Positions 36,454-46,168 of a stretch of DNA of 64,000 nt are shown here, one piece after another. The notes below the pieces were generated by a model. It had not been told where the DNA came from. It saw only the letters and a list, made by a program, of their open reading frames with translations, and did no database searches. This DNA is from Candidatus Babelota bacterium (GTDB lineage Bacteria > Babelota > Babeliae > Babelales > CAIQNR01). The position numbers and the translations under genes were made by a program. How positions within the stretch are numbered: position 1 is the stretch's first letter; each line of letters opens with the position of its first letter. The stretch spans positions 40,722-104,721 of the forward strand of contig CBFHTA010000001.1 of assembly GCA_965658655.1 (NCBI GenBank), written 5' to 3'.

Positions 36454-36861
36454 ATGACAGAAAGAACATTAGCTATTATTAAACCTGACGCTGTTAAAGC
36501 TGGTTTTTCTGATGCTATTATTGGTCACATCGAAAAAAACGATTTTACTATTGTAGATCAGAAGAAAGTACAACTTTCTAAAACAGAAGTACAAGGTTTT
36601 TACGGTGACGAACATGGCGAACGACCATACTTTGAAGAACTCGTAAACTTTATGAGCTCTGGAGATGTTGTTATCATGGTTCTTGAGCGTGACAATGCTA
36701 TTAAAGGCTGGCGTGACCTTATGGGTGCTACCGATCCTGCAGAAGCTGCAGACGGCACCATCCGTAAACTTTTTGGGACATCTAAGGGTAATAATGCAAC
36801 CCATGGATCAGATTCTCCAGAAAGTGCTAAAAAAGAAATCGAATATTTCTTTGCTAGCTAA
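36454..36861 (+). CDS. ndk: Nucleoside-diphosphate kinase
   Basis: ERTLAIIKPDAV, WRDLMGATDP, GTIR, NATHGSDS; ATG 36454. Confidence 0.97.
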   Translation: MTERTLAIIKPDAVKAGFSDAIIGHIEKNDFTIVDQKKVQLSKTEVQGFYGDEHGERPYFEELVNFMSSGDVVIMVLERDNAIKGWRDLMGATDPAEAADGTIRKLFGTSKGNNATHGSDSPESAKKEIEYFFAS

Positions 36862-36891
36862 TTAAACATTTTTAAAGAGAGGGAACAACTT

Positions 36892-37779
36892 ATGCAGAAT
36901 CGTAAACCGCTTATATATTCATTAGTTGTTCTCTCTCTTTTTTTATGTCCGCTTTTTGGCCAAATTGTAAAAGACCAAAGAAACATTTGGATCTTAATAC
37001 ATGGAACCTTTGAACAAAAAGCATCTCTGGTAGTCCCCAAATCTCGTTGGTGGAGAGAACAAGATTCTTTTCATAAAGAACTTAAAGCTCATGCCAATAA
37101 TGCAGTAGTTCACAGTTTCAACTGGTGTGGATCAAACTCACATAAAAAAAGAATAGAAGCAGGAAAACAACTTGCACAATTCATTACGAAAATAGCCTCT
37201 GAAAACGATATCATTCATCTAGTTGGGCATAGTCATGGTGCTAATGTAGCCACCCTCGGTGCACAAGAACTTAAAAAACTTAATCAAAACATAGAAATTG
37301 ATACACTTTTTTCTTTAGCAGCGCCTGTTGCAAAAGCATATCAACCCCTCAAAGCAAATATTAAAAAAGTCTTTAGCCTCTTCTCTTATGCCGATTTTAT
37401 CCAACCGGTATTTGGCCTTTTTGAACGTGTTTATCCAGAAGAAGATCATATTTACAATATTCAAGTAAAAATTGACGGCATTCTACCGAATCACATCTCT
37501 ATTCATCATCCTACTGTTGCTCGCCATCTGCCGGAGCTTGCAAGCCTTCTTCCAAATAGCAAACCTCATACTGTTCATTTTTTTTCAAACAAAACTCCAC
37601 AAATTACTCTTGATACTACACGAGAAAAAGACTTAGAATTCGATAAGTATCTTACAAATCAGCTTATTACTGCTTTTCGTAAAAGCAAAGAGAGCAGCCA
37701 ACTTAAAGAATTAAAAGAAATTTCTAAAGAAACTAAACGTAGACTTGCTGTAATACTTGCTCTTAAAAAAAAACCATAA
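36892..37779 (+). CDS. Secreted alpha/beta hydrolase (lipase/esterase-like)
   Basis: LIHGT oxyanion motif, LVGHSHGAN nucleophile elbow, LAAPV; signal peptide. Confidence 0.8.
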   Translation: MQNRKPLIYSLVVLSLFLCPLFGQIVKDQRNIWILIHGTFEQKASLVVPKSRWWREQDSFHKELKAHANNAVVHSFNWCGSNSHKKRIEAGKQLAQFITKIASENDIIHLVGHSHGANVATLGAQELKKLNQNIEIDTLFSLAAPVAKAYQPLKANIKKVFSLFSYADFIQPVFGLFERVYPEEDHIYNIQVKIDGILPNHISIHHPTVARHLPELASLLPNSKPHTVHFFSNKTPQITLDTTREKDLEFDKYLTNQLITAFRKSKESSQLKELKEISKETKRRLAVILALKKKP

Positions 37780-37787
37780 GAAAGTAG

Positions 37788-38522
37788 ATGAAGCAATTAC
37801 TACATATACAAAGAAAAAAAACTATTGGATTTTTCGATTCGGGAGTAGGTGGCCTATCGATCTTAAACAAATGCTTAAACCTAAAAGTGAAAGCTTTAGT
37901 TTATTTTGCCGATACAAAGTACCTACCCTATGGGAACAAAACTCCTGAATTTTTATTAGAACGCGCTATTTTTATCACCAACCACTTTCTCCAGCAAAAC
38001 ATTGATACCATCGTGGTTGCGTGTCATACATCTTCGGCCACTACCCTTTCTCAACTTCAAAACCTCTTTCCTCAAGTAACCTACATCGACATGCTCATTC
38101 CCACTATCAACATAGCTCTAGAGAAAACAGAATCTGGCCGTATTGGAATTATGGCAACTCAGACGAGTATTGATTCGCATGTTCATAAAAAATTGCTTCT
38201 CGATCGAAATTCAAAGCTTTTTATATTTGAACAACCATGCCCAGACTTTGTACCCCTCATAGAAGCGCAAGCATCAGAAAAAAAACTTAATAACGCTATC
38301 AGAAAATACTTAAAGCCTCTCTTAAGCAACCATATCGATACCCTGATCTTAGGCTGTACGCATTATGCTTTCTTAGAAAAACTCATTCAAAAGCAAGCAC
38401 CCACATTGAAATTGATAAGCGCTGCAAACTGTCTTGTCCTTGACTCCAATTCAATGCAGAAACCAAAAGTTCACATTGAAAGTAGCGGTCCTCTGAATGC
38501 GAAGCCCTTTATTCATGAGTAA
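37788..38522 (+). CDS. murI: Glutamate racemase
   Basis: IGFFDSGVGGLS, PYGNK, VVACHT, LILGCTHY. Confidence 0.95.
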   Translation: MKQLLHIQRKKTIGFFDSGVGGLSILNKCLNLKVKALVYFADTKYLPYGNKTPEFLLERAIFITNHFLQQNIDTIVVACHTSSATTLSQLQNLFPQVTYIDMLIPTINIALEKTESGRIGIMATQTSIDSHVHKKLLLDRNSKLFIFEQPCPDFVPLIEAQASEKKLNNAIRKYLKPLLSNHIDTLILGCTHYAFLEKLIQKQAPTLKLISAANCLVLDSNSMQKPKVHIESSGPLNAKPFIHE

Positions 38523-38638
38523 TTATGAATAAAAATTGAAAGATTCTCCAAACTGTATGTAGACCTTCATGATTATCAATCGTCAAAAGTCTATACAGAC
38601 AATGGACTAAAAGACCAAAATACACTATAGAAAAGTAA

Positions 38639-39070
38639 CTAGACGCTTACTTGCACCCTTTGTTTAGCTGCTTCATCTAGGATCCCATTTACAAACTTAT
38701 ACGCATCTTTTTCTGAAAAAGCTTTAGCCAGCTCAATTGCTTCGTTAATGATAACCGTAGAGTGAGTATCGTTTTGCCCCATTTCCCAGATAGCTAATCG
38801 TAAGATTAATCTGGTGCTGCACCCTAAACGATCAAGACGCCAATTAGCCAGAAGTGGTACAATTTTTTCATCTAACTCAACGCGTTGGTCAACAACTACT
38901 TGAGCTGTTTGAACTATTTCACCGTCTTCAGGAATATCAGTTTCAAATTCACGATTAAAAAGGTATACAATCTCAGAAAGTGAAACTGTATAATCAAATG
39001 CCTCCATGGCATAGAGGAGATGGAAAATTAAAGATCGAACATCTCGACGGGACGTAGCAACGTTACTCAT
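38639..39070 (-). CDS. nusB: Transcription antitermination factor NusB
   Basis: NWRLDRL, ILRLAIWE, INEAIELAKAF, FVNGILD. Confidence 0.95.
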   Translation of the reverse strand: MSNVATSRRDVRSLIFHLLYAMEAFDYTVSLSEIVYLFNREFETDIPEDGEIVQTAQVVVDQRVELDEKIVPLLANWRLDRLGCSTRLILRLAIWEMGQNDTHSTVIINEAIELAKAFSEKDAYKFVNGILDEAAKQRVQVSV

Positions 39071-39082
39071 CAACAAAACCCT

Positions 39083-39643
39083 TTATGCACGCTCAATATA
39101 ACTACCATCTCTGGTATCAAGCTTAACCTTATCACCTTCATTAACAAATAGCGGAACTTGAACCGTTTTCCCAGTTTCAAGTATAGCGGGTTTGGTTGCA
39201 CCACCCTTTGCAGTGTCTCCACGAACGCCAGGTTGAGTTTCTTTAACCTCAAGAACCATAAATAATGGTGGTGTTACACCAATTGGTTTACCGTCAAAAT
39301 AAAGCATTTCATAGATTTCTTCTTCTTTAAGATAACCCATTACATCTTCTAAATTGCCTTTATCTAAAGAGACTTGATCAAAACTTTCTTGATCCATAAA
39401 GTTGTAAAGTGCGTCATCAGCATATAAATACTGCATGGATTTACGCTCAAGCTGTGGATTGTTGAATTTATGATCAGATCTAAATGTTTCCTCAAAAGCA
39501 GAACCTGAAATTAAATTTTTAAGCTTAAGTCTAATGATTGCCCCACCTCGACCCATTTTATTATGGTGGAAATCAAGAACTAAATGTGGTTCATCTCTAT
39601 GCAAAATCTTGTTGCCTTTACGCAAATCAGACGCTGAAAACAT
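39083..39643 (-). CDS. efp: Elongation factor P
   Basis: QYLY, FMDQESFDQ, PGVRGDTA, KPAILETG..VQVPLFVNEGD..DTR; tip motif KMGRGGA. Confidence 0.96.
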   Translation of the reverse strand: MFSASDLRKGNKILHRDEPHLVLDFHHNKMGRGGAIIRLKLKNLISGSAFEETFRSDHKFNNPQLERKSMQYLYADDALYNFMDQESFDQVSLDKGNLEDVMGYLKEEEIYEMLYFDGKPIGVTPPLFMVLEVKETQPGVRGDTAKGGATKPAILETGKTVQVPLFVNEGDKVKLDTRDGSYIERA

Positions 39644-39686
39644 AAATACCTTTCAAAGACAAAAAAGTGAAAAACGCTTATTCATC

Positions 39687-39714
39687 AGTATAAGCAGCCT
39701 TATATAAAAAGCAA
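39687..39714 (-). promoter_or_regulatory. Putative efp-nusB promoter
   Basis: Minus strand TTGCTT-N16-TATACT. Confidence 0.4.
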
Positions 39715-39743
39715 CTCAGAGCTTATTTATTTGCCCAAAGTTT

Positions 39744-41099
39744 TTATTTTTTTCGCATCAAATATAACATTCGTTTTGAATTAACAATTTGCTCTTTAAA
39801 TTCGATCTCAAAATGTTTCAAAAATGCCTCTTCAAAACCATCTTCAGAATATTCTATAAAAATATCCGCTCGAGTCGCCAAAAGCTTTTTTACTTTTTTG
39901 TCAGCTTTAGGAACAAATTCAATAATCAACCACTGCCCCAAAGAAGCAAAGTAAGAAGCAATATAATCAAGAGGAATATTATTAGAAATAGCTAAATGAT
40001 GCACTAATGCAAGCGCCAATAAACAATCTGGCTTACCTCTTTTTTCTATAGCAATACGTTCTGTATTCGCCCAACCAACTGGAGGTGATGGATTAGTTAA
40101 GTCAAGAAGTAAAGGTAAGATTTTAATTTCATTATTTTTTTTACTTTGAAGATAATTATTTTCTACACATGCAGGATCAATATCAAAACAAAGAACTTGA
40201 TCACTTATTTTTGCTGCAAGTCTACTAAAGAAACCATCATTACCACCCAGATCCCAAACTAATTTAGGTTGTGTAATACGTAAAAATTCATCTACTAATC
40301 GTTGTTTATCTTTAAGGCCCATTTCTGTATAACTATCATCTTGATAATAATCTACCCACTCGGTGCCCTGAGCCGTCCATTTACATCCTATAATACCTGA
40401 TCGCAAACTATCAATAAGGCCTTTCAATTGGTGTAAAGACATTTTTTTTTCTGAAGTTGCTTGTTTAGTACTATCTTCATATGCTTTTTGCGCTCGAGCA
40501 TGTAAATGGACATGTAACAATAAAGATAACCGTAAACATGTAGTCATCGGTAATAACTTAGAAGCTAAATCAAGCGGAACACCATCAATATGATTTTTAA
40601 ATAAAGAATTTAAGCGAATATCCTTATAAGCCATTAAAGCCAAAGGAGCTAAGAAATGCTGACAAAACTGTTTATAAGCAACCCAAGGTTTTTCTTCTTT
40701 ATATTGCTCGAAAGAAAGAGTATCAATAAAGATAGGTTTGCCATCTTTAAACTGTACATTATAAACTGATGCATCCTTTAAAGACATGCCATGATCAAGC
40801 GCCTTTAATTGAATATCAAGAGTCAATAGAGCAGCATCCTTTAACTGACTAAAAGACCATTCATAGGGGTAAGAAACAAAAGGAATAAGGTGAGGAGCAA
40901 TCACTCGAGACTCGAGATCATTAAGAATTTCTTCATGAGAAATAAGTAATTTTTGACTTACTAATACCTCATACAATCCAGAGTTTTTCAACAAATCGTA
41001 ATCTTTAAAATAGGAGGAATTAATTTTTCGATAAAGCTGCCCCTGATTCCAATAGAGAAATCCGTTAGGATCTCTAAAAGATGCCTTTACTTTTTCCAC
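39744..41099 (-). CDS. NoeA-like protein: kinase-like N-terminal domain plus class I SAM methyltransferase
   Basis: SFRDPNG, SYPYEWSFSQLKDAA, LKDASVYNVQF, IFIDTLSF; VWDLGGNDG, FDID, LALVHHL, IIEFVP. Confidence 0.85.
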   Translation of the reverse strand: MEKVKASFRDPNGFLYWNQGQLYRKINSSYFKDYDLLKNSGLYEVLVSQKLLISHEEILNDLESRVIAPHLIPFVSYPYEWSFSQLKDAALLTLDIQLKALDHGMSLKDASVYNVQFKDGKPIFIDTLSFEQYKEEKPWVAYKQFCQHFLAPLALMAYKDIRLNSLFKNHIDGVPLDLASKLLPMTTCLRLSLLLHVHLHARAQKAYEDSTKQATSEKKMSLHQLKGLIDSLRSGIIGCKWTAQGTEWVDYYQDDSYTEMGLKDKQRLVDEFLRITQPKLVWDLGGNDGFFSRLAAKISDQVLCFDIDPACVENNYLQSKKNNEIKILPLLLDLTNPSPPVGWANTERIAIEKRGKPDCLLALALVHHLAISNNIPLDYIASYFASLGQWLIIEFVPKADKKVKKLLATRADIFIEYSEDGFEEAFLKHFEIEFKEQIVNSKRMLYLMRKK

Positions 41100-41113
41100 A
41101 ATGATCCCCGATT

Positions 41114-41299
41114 CTATTTAGAAAATTTACGTGTAAAATAAGACTTAATCACACTCCAATAAGTCTTTATTCCGTAAAGAACCCCCACAATCCCAGCTGC
41201 AAATAACTGTAAAAAATAACTTCCAGTACCGGGATCAATATAGCCATAGGCCGAACTTACTACTGTTAATGATACCAATAATGTGACTAGTCTCTTCAT
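41114..41299 (-). CDS. Small signal-peptide/single-TM protein with YIDPGTGS motif
   Basis: RBS aaggag; MKRLVTLLVSLTVVSSAYG|YIDPGTGSYFLQLFAAGIVGVLYGIKTYW then basic tail. Confidence 0.85.
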   Translation of the reverse strand: MKRLVTLLVSLTVVSSAYGYIDPGTGSYFLQLFAAGIVGVLYGIKTYWSVIKSYFTRKFSK

Positions 41300-41580
41300 T
41301 GTAACTCCTTTTTAATTACACTTTTTAAAATCATTTTTAGGCTAAAACATAAAGAACTTAAGTCAATATATCCCAGTATTTAAAGCCTTCATCTAAAGTT
41401 TTCATATCCCAACAATCTTTACCTCATAAGGTATAATTGAAAAATTAATACATGCTGTTTTCCTTACCTGAAACAAAACTATAGCTTCGCGGATCACGTA
41501 ATCGATTGTTGACTATAAAAAAACCAATTGGTGTATATTGCCAATCTTGATCTTGTCCTGCAAATAAAGAGTTAACTTTT

Positions 41581-43116
41581 TTATTGTCCCCCCATTTCTA
41601 TGGTATTTATTTCATTAATCGGCATTTTAACTATCGTATGCATATCAATATTTTTTAGGAAATGAAAGTATGAAAAATAGCAATTATCTGGCAATACACT
41701 TAATTCTTCTCCCAAATAATAATTAAAAAGAACTCTAAAAGTATTCACACTCGAAATAGAATGATAAAGTTTATCTCTTCCTCCATTAGGAAAGTATAAA
41801 GCATTTAAAATTGACATTCTTTCTTTAACTGGAAGTTTTTTATTACTTTTAAATATACTTCTATCTGAAAAATCTCCATGATCTCCCTGAACAATAATCA
41901 CAGGAGGACTTTGAGAATTTTTTAAAATTGCTTCAATACATTTTTTTGTATGTAAATTTACAGCTTTTACTTGATTGATGTAACTTTCTTTTTGGCTTTC
42001 AATAAAGATTCCTGAATCATCACTATTACCTTCTATAATAGTTCCGTCTGCGTTAAAAGCTGCTGGACCATGAGGGCAAACAATATGACAAAAAACAAAT
42101 AACGGACCCTTACCAGCATACTTAGAAGGGATTTTTTCTAATATTTTAAATTGATCAAGTATATTGTGCCCTCTATTAAATAATTTAAAATACTGCGCAA
42201 AAGGAACAAAAAGTGTTTTTGACAAAATATGAGAAGAAAAAAAACCAAACAATTGCACTCTCTTTCCATAGTCTGCACTTGAAATATAATTACACGGGGA
42301 CCAAACGCTTCCAATATTAATAAATGTATACCCATGGCCCTTCAATAAACGTATAACTTCCGCATTTTCCCAAAAATTACCTGTTGTAAGCGGCCATCTT
42401 TTATTTTTTTTCAAAACCTCATCAGAAGATAAATAGTCCATCAGAAAGGTGGAAGACAAAGAAGCCTCCGTATGGCAATAATTACTACAACTCTGTTCTG
42501 CAATAAAAAACCCTTTAGTCTTTAAGAACTCAATAAAATTATTATTGTTATAGCCAAATTGCTCTTGTAAAACATCATGTCGAGTATAAGCATCGAGAAT
42601 GATATAATAAATATTAGGCTTTTCACCAATGTTTTTTTTTACGTATCCTGGCTTTTTAAAGTTAAACATTTGCCACTCTGCCCAATAATCCGGAATGATC
42701 ATAATGCAAGAAGAAACAAAAAAGCATCCTGTTAAAAAAGTAAAAAAATGAACTGTTTTTTTAGGATTTAACAAAGTAGAAATTAAATATGCAAAAATTA
42801 TAAATATTATCCCATACAGTGCTATTAAATAACGATAGTGCCCCCAAGAAAATTGTGAAAACCACTTAAAGCACACAGAGCAGTGACCAAGTAAAAGTGA
42901 GAAGAGAAAAAAAGCAACCGCAAACAGAAACGTATAAATTCGAGCTTTATATTTATTCTTAAAAAGAAGAGTTGCTCCTAAATAACAAATAAAGAAACTT
43001 GCGTTCAGTAGGCCCCAAAGACAAGCAACCTCTAATGCTCTAGTTTCTCGTATATTAGACTTTAACCCATTTTGAATATATCCAGAAATCAAAAAAAATG
43101 TCTCTAATGGTAACAT
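41581..43116 (-). CDS. Membrane-anchored alkaline-phosphatase-superfamily enzyme (LtaS/sulfatase-like)
   Basis: N-terminal TMs; [23 protein letters not shown] (Thr nucleophile), [23 protein letters not shown]. Confidence 0.85.
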   Translation of the reverse strand: MLPLETFFLISGYIQNGLKSNIRETRALEVACLWGLLNASFFICYLGATLLFKNKYKARIYTFLFAVAFFLFSLLLGHCSVCFKWFSQFSWGHYRYLIALYGIIFIIFAYLISTLLNPKKTVHFFTFLTGCFFVSSCIMIIPDYWAEWQMFNFKKPGYVKKNIGEKPNIYYIILDAYTRHDVLQEQFGYNNNNFIEFLKTKGFFIAEQSCSNYCHTEASLSSTFLMDYLSSDEVLKKNKRWPLTTGNFWENAEVIRLLKGHGYTFINIGSVWSPCNYISSADYGKRVQLFGFFSSHILSKTLFVPFAQYFKLFNRGHNILDQFKILEKIPSKYAGKGPLFVFCHIVCPHGPAAFNADGTIIEGNSDDSGIFIESQKESYINQVKAVNLHTKKCIEAILKNSQSPPVIIVQGDHGDFSDRSIFKSNKKLPVKERMSILNALYFPNGGRDKLYHSISSVNTFRVLFNYYLGEELSVLPDNCYFSYFHFLKNIDMHTIVKMPINEINTIEMGGQ

Positions 43117-43223
43117 CACCTCTCCTTTTTAAGCTTAAAAAACCCCTCATACCTTACCCCATTTCTCTAAAAATAAAACCCTGGTATTCTAAGAAAGATG
43201 CTAATTTTTACCTAGGAGAATCC

Positions 43224-44504
43224 ATGAGCTTAAAAACTATCGATCCACAAATTTCAGCTGCTATAAATCAAGAGCTAGAGCGGTCAGAACTCACCTTAGA
43301 TTTAATAGCGTCAGAAAATTACACATGGCCTGCTGTTATGGAAGCGACCGGATCGGTCATGACCAATAAATACGCTGAGGGGTATCCTTCTCGAAGATAC
43401 TATAGTGGATGTGTTCATGTTGATACAGCGGAAAATTTAGCTCGCGATCGCGTAAAAAAATTATTTGGGGCTGAACATGCTAACGTTCAACCTCATTCTG
43501 GTTCTCAGGCAAATATGGCTGTTTATTTTGCTATTTTAAATCCCGGCGACACTATCTTAGGGATGAATCTAGCAGCTGGCGGACATTTAACTCACGGATA
43601 CCCAATCAATTTTTCTGGCAAATTTTATAATTCTATTAACTATGGTGTAAACAAAGACACAGAACAATTGGATTATGATGAAATTGAGCGCCTTGCAAAA
43701 GAACATAAGCCAAAACTGATTATCAGTGGGGCTTCTGCTTATTCACAATTTATAGACTTTGAACGCATTGCAAAAATTGCAAAATCTGTTGGTGCTTACT
43801 CTTTAGCCGATATCGCTCATATCGCTGGTCCTATAGCAGCAGGTCTGCACCCTTCTCCTTTTCCACATATGGATTTTGTAACAAGCACAACACACAAAAC
43901 ACTACGTGGTCCTCGTGGAGGATTAATTTTATGCAAAAAAGAATTTGCATCAAAAGTAGATAAAGCTATTATGCCAGGTATTCAAGGTGGCCCACTAATG
44001 CACCATATTGCAGCAAAGGCGGTAGCTTTTAAGATTGCTCTTGAGCCAGAATTCAAAGAATATCAGCAGCAAGTTCTCCTCAATGCAAAAACAATGGCAG
44101 ACACTTTTGCAAAACTTGGTTATCGAATAGTAACAGGTTCTACAAAAAATCATTTAATGGTTGTAGACGTAAGAAGCAAAAACATCACAGGTAAAGAAGC
44201 TGAAGAAACACTCGAAAAAATAGGCATCGTAGTAAACAGAAACTGCATTCCATTCGATACAGAAAGCCCTTTTGTGACCAGCGGCATTCGCCTAGGAACA
44301 CCGGCTTTAACAAGTCGCGGATTCAAAGAAACTGAGATGCGCTTAATTACTCAACTAATAGATAAAGCAATTAAAAATCGAGACAATGAAGAAGTACTAA
44401 ACGGCATTACAAAAGATATTAAAACCCTCTGCTTATCATTCCCTATTTACAAAGACCAACTGTCTGCTATATCTACACAAAGAGAAAGCATTATTCAGCA
44501 ATAA
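43224..44504 (+). CDS. glyA: Serine hydroxymethyltransferase
   Basis: [54 protein letters not shown] 43224 with RBS aggag. Confidence 0.98.
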   Translation: MSLKTIDPQISAAINQELERSELTLDLIASENYTWPAVMEATGSVMTNKYAEGYPSRRYYSGCVHVDTAENLARDRVKKLFGAEHANVQPHSGSQANMAVYFAILNPGDTILGMNLAAGGHLTHGYPINFSGKFYNSINYGVNKDTEQLDYDEIERLAKEHKPKLIISGASAYSQFIDFERIAKIAKSVGAYSLADIAHIAGPIAAGLHPSPFPHMDFVTSTTHKTLRGPRGGLILCKKEFASKVDKAIMPGIQGGPLMHHIAAKAVAFKIALEPEFKEYQQQVLLNAKTMADTFAKLGYRIVTGSTKNHLMVVDVRSKNITGKEAEETLEKIGIVVNRNCIPFDTESPFVTSGIRLGTPALTSRGFKETEMRLITQLIDKAIKNRDNEEVLNGITKDIKTLCLSFPIYKDQLSAISTQRESIIQQ

Positions 44505-44521
44505 AATTTTTGAGGTAGTAA

Positions 44522-45211
44522 ATGAAGGCAGAATTTGATCAGTTTGCAAAAAATTATCGTAATGATCAAACAGACGGTCACAATTTTCTAACAGGAGAAG
44601 ATAGCCATTACTTTGCTCGTTTAAAAGCAGAAAAACTTAAAGAGTGGCTTCCTTTTTATTTTTCAGGTACCCCACAAACTATACTTGATTTTGGCTGCGG
44701 CGATGGAGTTATGACTCAGGAAGTCTATCGCCAATTCCCTAAGTCAGAAATTCATGGAGTCGATAACTCTTCTGAAAGTGTAAAAATCGCTCGGAAGAAC
44801 TACCCCCATATCAATTATCACATTTCAACCGATAATTTATCTATGCTTGAAGCAAACTCATTTAACGTTGTCTTAGCAACTCATGTATTTCATCATATTT
44901 ATTTTAACGAGCACGAACACTACATCAAAGAACTTATGCGTGTATTAAAGCCAGGTGGAGTATTTGTATTTTATGAACTCAATCCACTAAACCCAGGAAC
45001 CTGGTATATTTTTAAAAACCATCCCATGGAAGTAAACGCTACCATGCTAAAGCCATGGTATACTCGCAAACTTGTAGCACCCTACGGGACCACTGATTTT
45101 ATTAGTTATGCCTTTTTTCCTAATTTTTTAAAAACTCTTAGACCTTTAGAAAAATATATATCTAAGATACCCCTTGGAGGATTGTACGCTATTATTTTAA
45201 AAAAATCTTAG
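44522..45211 (+). CDS. Class I SAM-dependent methyltransferase
   Basis: ILDFGCGDG, GVDNS, HVFHHI, RVLKPGG. Confidence 0.9.
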   Translation: MKAEFDQFAKNYRNDQTDGHNFLTGEDSHYFARLKAEKLKEWLPFYFSGTPQTILDFGCGDGVMTQEVYRQFPKSEIHGVDNSSESVKIARKNYPHINYHISTDNLSMLEANSFNVVLATHVFHHIYFNEHEHYIKELMRVLKPGGVFVFYELNPLNPGTWYIFKNHPMEVNATMLKPWYTRKLVAPYGTTDFISYAFFPNFLKTLRPLEKYISKIPLGGLYAIILKKS

Positions 45212-45220
45212 TCTACACTC

Positions 45221-46123
45221 TTAAGGTTCAGCCTGATTCACACGAAGAAACAGAGACACTAAAAAAAAAATTAATAATACAAAGAATAATGCTGGACCAA
45301 TACAAATAAAGAAAAAATAAACCCAGTTAATAATGTCTAAGTAGCGATTAGATACGCCGCTCTGAGAATAATAATACAATACGGGACCGCTCCAATAACG
45401 AAAAGGAAGCTCAATAGTATTACGAATCAACCAAGAAGAAGAATAACTGCCATATTGAAACATCAAAATATTATTAAAATGGGCTAACCAATAAATAGGA
45501 TATGTTTCTAGTCGAGCTTTATAAGCAACTTCTCCATAGAAAACAGACTCTATTTTTTTAAAAGAACCATCTAATAAAGAGTTTGCGATATCAATTGCTC
45601 CTAACAATTGACCATCCCTTTGAAAGCTTACATTAAAAGTAGGGTCATATATTATCCATTTTCCATTTTGAAAAACTTCAACTAAAGTATGAGTTGCAAA
45701 AGGGTCTCCAATACTTTTCACAACAAACAATTTGCGTGCTTTATATCCTTGCAAACATAGCGCATATAAGAAGAGCTCTGACATTCCATTACAAGTTAGT
45801 CCCCCTCCTAATTTTGCATTAGTATAAAAATCTCTAACATGCTCAGATTTCCATTTACGATTGTTCTTTTTATCTACAAAATTCATCACTTTTTGCATTA
45901 TTTCAACTGGAGAATCTCCCTTAAATTTAGAAAGTTCTTGCGGCGGTGAATATGGATACCGATAATCAAGAGCTTTAAAATTTTTAACAGGCACTGTTCT
46001 CAAAAAATGATTATGATTTCGCAAGAAATAAAAAACTTTATATTCAAAAAAAGCAATCAAAAACAAGGCGCCCAAAAGCATATAACGCCATTTATCATCG
46101 ATATTTATTTTTGATTTATTCAT
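45221..46123 (-). CDS. Membrane-anchored transglutaminase-like protein
   Basis: Cys-His-Asp triad motifs GLTCNGMS, HTLVEV, WIIYDPTF; TM at both ends. Confidence 0.75.
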   Translation of the reverse strand: MNKSKINIDDKWRYMLLGALFLIAFFEYKVFYFLRNHNHFLRTVPVKNFKALDYRYPYSPPQELSKFKGDSPVEIMQKVMNFVDKKNNRKWKSEHVRDFYTNAKLGGGLTCNGMSELFLYALCLQGYKARKLFVVKSIGDPFATHTLVEVFQNGKWIIYDPTFNVSFQRDGQLLGAIDIANSLLDGSFKKIESVFYGEVAYKARLETYPIYWLAHFNNILMFQYGSYSSSWLIRNTIELPFRYWSGPVLYYYSQSGVSNRYLDIINWVYFFFICIGPALFFVLLIFFLVSLFLRVNQAEP

Positions 46124-46168
46124 ATATACTCTTGCTGCTCAATACATCCTCTAGAAGACTCATATTAC

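Noticed and set aside
38508..38598. Inverted repeats between murI and nusB (TTTATTCAT/ATGAATAAA and CTGTAT..AGAC/GTCTATACAG)
   Set aside because: AT-rich or imperfect; most simply weak terminators between convergent genes, with no evidence for a MITE or sRNA
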